Part shown: piece by piece, positions 57,128-64,000 of the stretch
Numbering within the stretch: the stretch's first letter is position 1
Layout of the letters: each line of letters starts with the position of its first letter
Origin: Nitrospira sp.
Lineage (GTDB): Bacteria; Nitrospirota; Nitrospiria; Nitrospirales; Nitrospiraceae
Assembly: GCA_047150005.1 (NCBI GenBank)
Contig: AP038806.1
Location: forward strand, 1,984,001-2,048,000
DNA: 64,000 bases
Direction of reading: 5' to 3'
Made by a program: the position numbers and the translations under genes
The notes under the pieces: generated by a model
Databases searched by the model: none
Told to the model about the DNA's origin: nothing
What the model saw: the letters and a program-made list of their open reading frames with translations, nothing else

Positions 57128-57835
57128 ATGCCGGAATTTCGGTACCGGATATGGAAACCCAAAGGCGCAGAAGGCAGGCTCCCGGTCCTCTATCTCTTGC
57201 ATGGCAGCGGGGCGGAAGATGACGAGAGCACCTGGCTCAGAGAAGGTCGGGGAAACCTGCCTGTCACCCTGGAGCGGCTTGTCGCAGGCAAGACTGTTCC
57301 CTCGATCGCCGTCGTGACGCCGTTCGGTCGTCCGGCCGACGTTCGCATCGGACAGTGGGGATTTCCCGAAATCGAAGGATTTCATGCCTATGTCCTTGCG
57401 CTCATCCGGGCCGTGGAGTCAGATCCCGCCTTGTCGATCCGCACCGATCGAGCCGGACGAGCCATTGCAGGACTGTCGATGGGAGGGTGGCAAGCGATTG
57501 CGATCTTCCTCCGGTCTCCCGAAATGTTTTCCGCCGTCGGGAACTTCAGCGGAACCGTGCAAATGGGCTTTAACTCGTCGGCCCAACCGCAAACCTTCAA
57601 CCGGCCGCTCCGCCCGGAGCAGGTTCTTGGCTTGAGCGTCTTCTATCACACGTGCGGTCGACAGGATCAGCGCTTCTATGACTCGAACGTGGCATTCGTC
57701 GCCGAGCTTGATGCGGCCGGCATCTCAAACACGCATGATTTTCCCGATGGCGCTCATGACTGGCCGTTCTGGCAGCGTTCGCTTGAACGATTCGCAAAAT
57801 GTCTCGGCGCATCCGGCTGGGGAACTGTGCGGTGA
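57128..57835 (+). CDS. putative esterase (alpha/beta hydrolase)
   Basis: PVLYLLHG, GLSMGG nucleophile elbow, GAHDWPFW. Confidence 0.87.
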   Translation: MPEFRYRIWKPKGAEGRLPVLYLLHGSGAEDDESTWLREGRGNLPVTLERLVAGKTVPSIAVVTPFGRPADVRIGQWGFPEIEGFHAYVLALIRAVESDPALSIRTDRAGRAIAGLSMGGWQAIAIFLRSPEMFSAVGNFSGTVQMGFNSSAQPQTFNRPLRPEQVLGLSVFYHTCGRQDQRFYDSNVAFVAELDAAGISNTHDFPDGAHDWPFWQRSLERFAKCLGASGWGTVR

Positions 57836-57991
57836 TGGTCTTGTCGGCAGTGATCCGAAGAAGCTGCGTTCAGAATCAGTGAAGTTATGGCTTGAATTGG
57901 CCGCCGCACGACGCAGATAATAATCGTTTCGCTCATACGCTTTTTCTTCGCCGACTAGCCCTCCATCTCCCGCTGCGTTACAATTCCCGTC

Positions 57992-58834
57992 ATGAAGACC
58001 TCGGTCAAGAATGTGGAGGATCTGCGTTGGCTGATGGGCCACACCGGTGGATTCCGGGGCGGCTACGTCACGGACGTCCAGATGTCCAAGAGACGGCTGT
58101 TCGACGAAGGATCCGCGCGGGACGTGTTGGCCGACAACACCGTCACGGTCGTGGTGCGCTATCGGCTTCGCCAGATGGAACGTGTGGCGAAGCTGACGAT
58201 GACGGGGGTCACCGACTTTTCGATTTTCGAGCAGGAAGGCGCGGACTGTTCGTCCCTGAGTGTGATCCAGGCGGAATGCACCGCCGGGAAATTGCGGTTT
58301 TGGTTCGATCCGCAGGGCGAACTGTATGTCGTGTGCGATGAAGCTCAGTTTGAGGAAGTGGCGGCCCCGTTTCGCGACGAAGACGTTCGCGACCAACCGG
58401 TGCAATGGACGTTTCAAAGTTCGGTCGCCGATTGGCCGACGGTGGAATGGCTCCTAAAGGGGCTGGACGGGTCCGGCTTGCCTTGCACCTGGAAGAAGAG
58501 CAAGGCTCCGAGCCGGTGGCTGGGGACTGTTCAGTGGGAAGGGGATCTCCTGCCGGATGTTGGGCACGAGCAGTCGGATTGCGGTCGTGTCCACGCCATG
58601 CTGTACGGCCCGATCGACGGTCCGGGGTTTGGAATCGTGCTGCACATGGCAGGAACGCAAAGCCGTGCGGCCTGCCGGATCCTTTCCTGTGCGGCGGATC
58701 TGCTGGTGCGGCATTTCTCCGGCCGATGCCTCGTGGGTAACACGATCATCCCCGGCGGCGATTGGTTAAATTGGAAATCGTTGGAGCATCGGCGCTGGAC
58801 AGCGACCGAACAGATCGAAGAAGAGAATTCGTGA
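57992..58834 (+). CDS. hypothetical protein
   Basis: 280-aa ORF with host-like codon usage; no motif recognised. Confidence 0.7.
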   Translation: MKTSVKNVEDLRWLMGHTGGFRGGYVTDVQMSKRRLFDEGSARDVLADNTVTVVVRYRLRQMERVAKLTMTGVTDFSIFEQEGADCSSLSVIQAECTAGKLRFWFDPQGELYVVCDEAQFEEVAAPFRDEDVRDQPVQWTFQSSVADWPTVEWLLKGLDGSGLPCTWKKSKAPSRWLGTVQWEGDLLPDVGHEQSDCGRVHAMLYGPIDGPGFGIVLHMAGTQSRAACRILSCAADLLVRHFSGRCLVGNTIIPGGDWLNWKSLEHRRWTATEQIEEENS

Positions 58835-58862
58835 GCGGCGGTATGCGAGGCAACCGACCGGG

Positions 58863-59573
58863 TCAGGCAAGAGCTTCTTCGCTGGAATGCCCCGTCGCGT
58901 GACTTTCGTTGTGTGAGAAGATCGTCGTTCCGTTCATGTGGGTCATGCCGGTCTCATTCTTCCGGTTCACGCATTCGACCAACGCCCAGAAGTGAAGTGG
59001 ATTGACGTTCTGCTTGCGGGTGACGTGGAGGTTCGTGCCTTCCAGTACCGTGTGCAAGGCCAGGTCCGTGCGCCATCCGAGGTGCTTGGTCAACGGCGAA
59101 ATCACCTTTTCCACCGCCGCAATCACCTTGTTGCCGTTGCTGAAATGATTGAGCATGATGATGCGCCCGCCGGGCCGGCAGACGCGAATCATTTCATTGA
59201 CCACTTTTCGATGATCGGGGACGGCGGTCACCACGTAGGCGGCGACGACGGTATCGAAACTGTCGTCCTCGAATTCCATGGCGCCGGCGTCCATACGGTG
59301 TAGGGTGACGTGGTCCATGTGGTGTTCGAGGGCACGCTTCTTGGCGACGTCCAACATGCCTTCGGAGAAATCGATACCGACGATCTGACAGTGACGAGGA
59401 TACATGGGGAGGGCCAGGCCGGTTCCGACGCCGACTTCGAGAATGCGTTCGTGCGGCTGGACATTCAGGTTGCGGATGGCGGATTCACGTCCCTCGTGGA
59501 ACACTTTCCCGAAAATCTTGTCGTAGACTCCGGCATAGGACGTATATACCCGCTCGATCTTATGCAAATCCAT
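58863..59573 (-). CDS. class I SAM methyltransferase, phospholipid N-methyltransferase (PmtA)-like
   Basis: YAGVYD, ILEVGVGTG, GIDFS, MDA, RVCRPGG..LNHF; GGAGG RBS before ATG 59573. Confidence 0.8.
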   Translation of the reverse strand: MDLHKIERVYTSYAGVYDKIFGKVFHEGRESAIRNLNVQPHERILEVGVGTGLALPMYPRHCQIVGIDFSEGMLDVAKKRALEHHMDHVTLHRMDAGAMEFEDDSFDTVVAAYVVTAVPDHRKVVNEMIRVCRPGGRIIMLNHFSNGNKVIAAVEKVISPLTKHLGWRTDLALHTVLEGTNLHVTRKQNVNPLHFWALVECVNRKNETGMTHMNGTTIFSHNESHATGHSSEEALA

Positions 59574-59853
59574 AGTTCCTCCAACCCAGACATCATGTGT
59601 CCTGCCCACTGCTGGGGCAGGAGGCGATTGCATCAGAATTCAGTGGAGTCTGTCGTTATGACGGCGGAGCGCCTGGAAAATGAAGCGAGGGACCCGCCTG
59701 AATCAAAGCAGGCGTACCATATCCAACTCGCGCGATTGAGTCAACACAATCTTCGCTCCGAGCCAGCCATCCGGTCATCTGATCATCCGATTCTGCAGTC
59801 GGCGGTCCCCCGGACTTGATTCAGCGGCAGACGCTGTGGGATAGGTACGGTCC

Positions 59854-60471
59854 ATGGTGCTGGCTGGCCTCTTCGCCGGGGTGCTCTGCCTCGGATTGAT
59901 TCTCGGAGACTGGCTCTACTTCGTCCGGTTGACGCCCGATGCGATCCGCTACGGCTGCGGGATCGCGCGCAGCCTGGATCAGTTGCCCACGGATCGGGTC
60001 GTTCGGCTGAGTCGGCGGTTCGATTCGGACGGAGTGCTCTCACTCCCGCACGGGATCGCCCGGTATTATCCGGAGCTGGGTCAGATCGCGATCCGTCCTC
60101 AATACCATCTCTTTTCCATGGGTTTCCGTACCGCCTGGCCCCTGAAAGGCCTGATTCATCTGTCCTCCGAGGCCCCGCAATATACCGCCGTCTGCGTCAA
60201 GCGAATCCCATGGTCGTCCGCCATCATCACCCTGGTCTGGTTTCTGCTCGTGAGCCTCGGGACCGCGTCATTTCTGGTGACCTATGCGCTGCAGGGCGGA
60301 TTCAATTCCCTCGCCGGCCTGCTCATGGGGACGGGCATTCTCGGAATCGGCCTGCTCGTCATGGCCTTCGGCGCCGCGACGGTGGTGTTTTCCTACCGGC
60401 TGGAAAACAGCCGTCTGATGAAGGTGTACGGCGAACTGCAGGACGTCGCCGAGGATTCCCTCACGATGTGA
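59854..60471 (+). CDS. hypothetical membrane protein
   Basis: Three hydrophobic segments. Confidence 0.7.
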   Translation: MVLAGLFAGVLCLGLILGDWLYFVRLTPDAIRYGCGIARSLDQLPTDRVVRLSRRFDSDGVLSLPHGIARYYPELGQIAIRPQYHLFSMGFRTAWPLKGLIHLSSEAPQYTAVCVKRIPWSSAIITLVWFLLVSLGTASFLVTYALQGGFNSLAGLLMGTGILGIGLLVMAFGAATVVFSYRLENSRLMKVYGELQDVAEDSLTM

Positions 60472-60805
60472 AGAGGCTCAGAAGCTGGTCGTACTCCGTT
60501 GGGAGATCGACGGCTGCCCGGTCGCGGGCCAACCCGGCGATGATGCCGCGGTGCTTTTTGCTAAGGCCGGAAGCCTCGAATGCCAGGCGGAACTGCGACC
60601 ACTTCAAGGTCGGATCCGCCGCAACGCGGGCCTGTTCGTCTTTCGAAAGCGCGTGAAGAGTTGCGGTGAGCGTTCGAAGCGCCTTTTCCACGCTTTCATA
60701 GGGGGGCGCGAGCTTCAGCCGCCCATAAAACGTCTCCAGATGAGAGCGGAACTCCTCTCGGAGCTGGTGAATCGACGGCGACGGGGAAAGCGATGGGTCC
60801 GACAT
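60461..60805 (-). CDS. hypothetical protein
   Basis: Helical ORF (FYGRLKLAPPYESVEKA); start uncertain. Confidence 0.6.
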   Translation of the reverse strand: MSDPSLSPSPSIHQLREEFRSHLETFYGRLKLAPPYESVEKALRTLTATLHALSKDEQARVAADPTLKWSQFRLAFEASGLSKKHRGIIAGLARDRAAVDLPTEYDQLLSLFTS

Positions 60806-60890
60806 CGGTGACGCCGATGATACGGTATGATGGCTCATGGTGACAACGGTCCAGAGAGGACCCATTGGGATATTCATTGGGAGGTTTTCC

Positions 60891-61376
60891 ATGCGGGAAG
60901 CGAAGTGGGCGATCTGGTGCTTGGTCGGATTGGCGGCCTTGAGCGGGTGTTCGGCCGCGAGACACCATCACGGCATGATGGACTATGGCAAGGGCGAGGC
61001 CTATTGGCAGAAAGGCCAGCAGGAGATGGCGGCGTTGGTCGATCGGACGGTCAAGGATCAGGACAAGGCCAAGCAGGTCAAGGCCATTGTCGGTGACATC
61101 GTCGCCGAGCTCAAGGCGGGACGCGAGCAGGAACGTGCGTACCATCGCCAACTCTACGCGCTGAATGCGAACTATACGGCTGCGCCCGAAGAGTTCATGA
61201 AGATTCTGGACGATGCCAGCAATCAACGGATGCGCACCGCGACGACGATTCTTGGCCAGAGATTCAAGATGAAGGAATTGATGACGGCCGATGAATGGAA
61301 AACGCTGGCCGATCAGATGCTGGCCCATAGTAGCCGATACCAGCACGACGGTACCGGAGCGAAGACGGGCTACTAA
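60891..61376 (+). CDS. helical lipoprotein (Spy/CpxP-like)
   Basis: Lipobox LSGC, HHHGMM, LMTADEW; GGAGG RBS. Confidence 0.7.
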   Translation: MREAKWAIWCLVGLAALSGCSAARHHHGMMDYGKGEAYWQKGQQEMAALVDRTVKDQDKAKQVKAIVGDIVAELKAGREQERAYHRQLYALNANYTAAPEEFMKILDDASNQRMRTATTILGQRFKMKELMTADEWKTLADQMLAHSSRYQHDGTGAKTGY

Positions 61377-61383
61377 AGAGCAA

Positions 61384-61445
61384 GTGAAGCGTATCTCGTG
61401 AAGCGTCGTTCGCTTGCGAGATACGAAATGCGAACGACGAGATAC
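61384..61445. repeat. inverted heptamer-repeat hairpin between convergent genes
   Basis: GTGAAGC GTATCTC GTGAAGC GTCGTTC - GCTTGC - GAGATAC GAAATGC GAACGAC GAGATAC. Confidence 0.6.
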
Positions 61446-61449
61446 TCCG

Positions 61450-62487
61450 CTAGTTCCGGGCTGGCGCGGTCGTGAGAGGCAGGGGCGTCCAGGTGACGCC
61501 CGCATCCGTGGAGCGATACAACCCGCTGCCGTTCGTGCCGGCGTAGAGCGTCTGGGCGTTCTGCGGTGAGAGGGCCAATGCCCGTATGTTCAGCGTGGCC
61601 AGCCCCTGATTCATGGCCTGCCAGGTGGTACCGCTGTCCGTGGTTTTCCAGACGCCGCCGGGGCCTCCGATGAACAGCACCGAGGGCTGCGTCGGATGGA
61701 TTACGATGCTGCTGACGAACGGGTCCGGTAGGGATTGCCCGATCCGTTCCCAGGAGGTGCCCTTGTTCGCGGTGCGAAAGAGTCCTTTGGTCGTGCCGGC
61801 GTAGACGATGTCGGGATTCGTCCTGTCGATCTCGATCGCATTGACGCCCAAAGCCATCGAGGCCATCAGTTCGCTCTCCGGGATCAGGCCGTTGTTGACC
61901 TTCTTCCACGACATCGCGCCGTCGTCCGAACGGTAGATGCCGCCGGTGGTTCCTCCATAGAGAATCGTCGGATCTCTTGGGTTGATGGCGATCGCGGTCA
62001 CGATATGGACTTCCTTCATGCCATTCATGCGCTCTTCCCACTCGCGGCCCGCGTCTTTCGTGTAGAAGGCGCCGACCGTCGTGGCCGCGTAGATTTTCTC
62101 GCTCAGCGCCGGATGAAACACGAACTGATTCACGAACGAGACATGTTCCTTCAGTCCGACGTTATGAGGCAGCCAGTGCTGTCCGCCGTCGGGACTCTTG
62201 TACACTGCGTCTCCCATGGTGCCGGCGTACACCGTGGCGGGCAGCTGCGGATCGAGGACCACCGTCGTCACGCGCCTGGCGCTGAAACTTGGGAAACGTT
62301 CCCAGAGCCGGCCGCCGTCGCGGGTTTTATAGACGGCGTCGTTGGTGGCGACGTAGAGAATGTTGGAGTTGGTCGGATGGAGCGCGATTGAGACGATCGC
62401 CTCGCTGTCTTTCTGGCAGCCGGTCATGCAGAAGATGAGCGGAAGGATGACTGGGAACAGCGGCGACATGCGAGGGGTGAGGCGCAT
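61450..62487 (-). CDS. BNR/Asp-box repeat beta-propeller lipoprotein (Ycf48/VPS10-like)
   Basis: Repeated [ST]xDxGxxW boxes; lipobox MTGC; start uncertain. Confidence 0.85.
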   Translation of the reverse strand: MRLTPRMSPLFPVILPLIFCMTGCQKDSEAIVSIALHPTNSNILYVATNDAVYKTRDGGRLWERFPSFSARRVTTVVLDPQLPATVYAGTMGDAVYKSPDGGQHWLPHNVGLKEHVSFVNQFVFHPALSEKIYAATTVGAFYTKDAGREWEERMNGMKEVHIVTAIAINPRDPTILYGGTTGGIYRSDDGAMSWKKVNNGLIPESELMASMALGVNAIEIDRTNPDIVYAGTTKGLFRTANKGTSWERIGQSLPDPFVSSIVIHPTQPSVLFIGGPGGVWKTTDSGTTWQAMNQGLATLNIRALALSPQNAQTLYAGTNGSGLYRSTDAGVTWTPLPLTTAPARN

Positions 62488-62783
62488 GGTGGTAGGGGCA
62501 GACGTAACCACAGGGGAAGAGGGGAGTCAAGGGAAGGGAGGAAGGTCTGCGGCCTTCGCTGAAGCCCGGGCCTTGCTGACTGACTGTCAGCTACGCGTGG
62601 GTGTGGCTCGCTACTTTCGCTTCAGGCCAGTGGCTGGTTGGTCGCCTTCAGCGTCGCAGCCGAGCGATGACGACACTGCGGTTGTACGTCTCGCCGGAGC
62701 CCAAGCAGTGATCATCATCTCATGCTTAGTGTGGTCGCACCGACGCGCCTGGAACAGGTAGGACGCCGTTTTCGGCTAAGCTC

Positions 62784-63917
62784 TTACAACTTCTTCAAAA
62801 ATCGTTCCGCATATCCCGTCAATTCCATGTACCCCTGCCCTTCCATTGCCTTGCCCTGCACCGTGCCGCTCACGCTGATCGCGCCTTCCCAATAAGTGAC
62901 CTGGGTACTGCGAGTCGTCGTCAACTCCTGCTCGGCCATCAGCGGAACCAATTCGAGCGAGAGTTGTCGTGATGGAATCGTCAGGCGCCAGCGCTGTGGA
63001 TAGACGGCGTGGCTCGTCGGGCTCGTCCAATGGCTCAACGGTTCAAGGCTCAAGTCCTTGAGCGGCAGATGCTGTGTGTTCCCGTCCTTGTCGATGAATG
63101 TCCCGCTGGAAACTGGATCGGCCGATCCGTTGGCCCGGCGGAGGCGATAGAGCATCAGCTCCGTACGATCGGAGAGTTGCAGGCTGAACCAGTCCCAGCC
63201 GACTACGTCCTCGCCGAGATCGGCGGAGCCGAATTCATGGTCCATCCAGCCGGTGCCGGTCACGTCGAACGATTCGTGGCCGATCCTGAGTTTGCCGGCC
63301 GCCCCCATTCTGGTGAGCGAATAGTAATGGGAGGCCTGAGCCTCGGACGGTCCTTTGCGGCTGATCCCGTCGGCGCCGTGCACGATCGGCGGCTTGTCGG
63401 GCGCCAGATCAAGGTCGAGGGCCAGATCCTGATCGGCCGCCTGTAGCCGATGCCGCTCCGGGTCTGATTGCGCGTCCGCGCTCCAGCGATCGATCCAGAC
63501 GTGCAGCCGGTCGGAATCCGCTCCGGCCTTGCCGAGTCCCGCCCTGCTGAGCTTCTCGGCGTACCGGAACCGTCTGCTGTCGAGGTCCGTCACGGCGAAA
63601 TGGGCCAAGTAGAGCTGTGAAATGGACCACTGCGATGGAAAGGTCTTGATCTGCTCTCTCGGCACGCCTCGGCGAAAGAAGGTAAGTTGGTAGCCGAACT
63701 GCCGGCCGGTGGCCGTGACAAGGTGGCCCGTGTAGTACCACCACTCGGTACGGAACTCGTCATGCGACCCATGGTCGCGTGGGAACCGATAGACGTACCC
63801 TTTCGTGGCGAGCCGAAACTCGTCGGTCACCTCGGCCGCAAACGTCAGGGTGGTCAGCAGCGGTAGGGCGAGAAGAGCCCACCGCCAGCCTAGTCGGTTT
63901 GAGGTCTGTGTCCGCAT
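62784..63917 (-). CDS. CrtC/AttH-like lipocalin-domain secreted hydrolase
   Basis: FPRDHGSH..EWWYYTG, ASHYYS, WMDHEF, GWDWFSL, YWEG, GYMELTGY. Confidence 0.88.
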   Translation of the reverse strand: MRTQTSNRLGWRWALLALPLLTTLTFAAEVTDEFRLATKGYVYRFPRDHGSHDEFRTEWWYYTGHLVTATGRQFGYQLTFFRRGVPREQIKTFPSQWSISQLYLAHFAVTDLDSRRFRYAEKLSRAGLGKAGADSDRLHVWIDRWSADAQSDPERHRLQAADQDLALDLDLAPDKPPIVHGADGISRKGPSEAQASHYYSLTRMGAAGKLRIGHESFDVTGTGWMDHEFGSADLGEDVVGWDWFSLQLSDRTELMLYRLRRANGSADPVSSGTFIDKDGNTQHLPLKDLSLEPLSHWTSPTSHAVYPQRWRLTIPSRQLSLELVPLMAEQELTTTRSTQVTYWEGAISVSGTVQGKAMEGQGYMELTGYAERFLKKL

Positions 63918-64000
63918 ACACGGCGAATGCCTGATGTCGTGAGATTGTCGGAGCGGATGCCACAGCGCTTATAGCACGGCCGAGCGCAAATGATAAATCC

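Noticed and set aside
59766..59795. Period-8 repeat GCCATCCG GTCATCTG ATCATCCG as a CRISPR or repeat element
   Set aside because: Only three degenerate units, no spacers and no cas genes

Overview
A 64 kb window of a high-GC bacterial chromosome; gene content and order suggest Nitrospira/Nitrospirota, which is an inference. After aroK and tRNA-Arg(TCG) lies a ~21 kb copper-protein locus (1108-21996). It opens with a sensor kinase, a canonical sigma54 activator and a degenerate activator paralog that lacks GAFTGA, one Arg finger and the HTH. Two paralogous cassettes follow, each with a giant (~1580 aa) secreted MnxG-like multicopper oxidase, a type-1-copper cupredoxin-like partner and a conserved small exported protein. 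An SmbP-like protein, a DUF4412/LolA-like protein and an FGE-sulfatase-fold protein are also present. A shared palindrome TGGGRC-N6-GYCCCA and sigma54 -24/-12 elements lie upstream of the degenerate activator and both oxidases, whose predicted leaders are strongly structured. The rest is mostly housekeeping: pal, PilZ proteins, msrA, ttcA, a Zn-peptidase/ATP-grasp pair, gpmA, argDFGH-lipoprotein-B12 radical SAM-lysA-dapAB, transaldolase, UDG, a lytic transglycosylase, glycerate kinase, an RPH-like kinase, rmuC, panC, folK, dapL, a macrodomain protein, an esterase, a methyltransferase, a BNR-repeat protein and a CrtC/AttH-like protein. No CRISPR array, rRNA, integrase or transposase was seen. 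All family calls come from motif recognition by eye; no database search was run.
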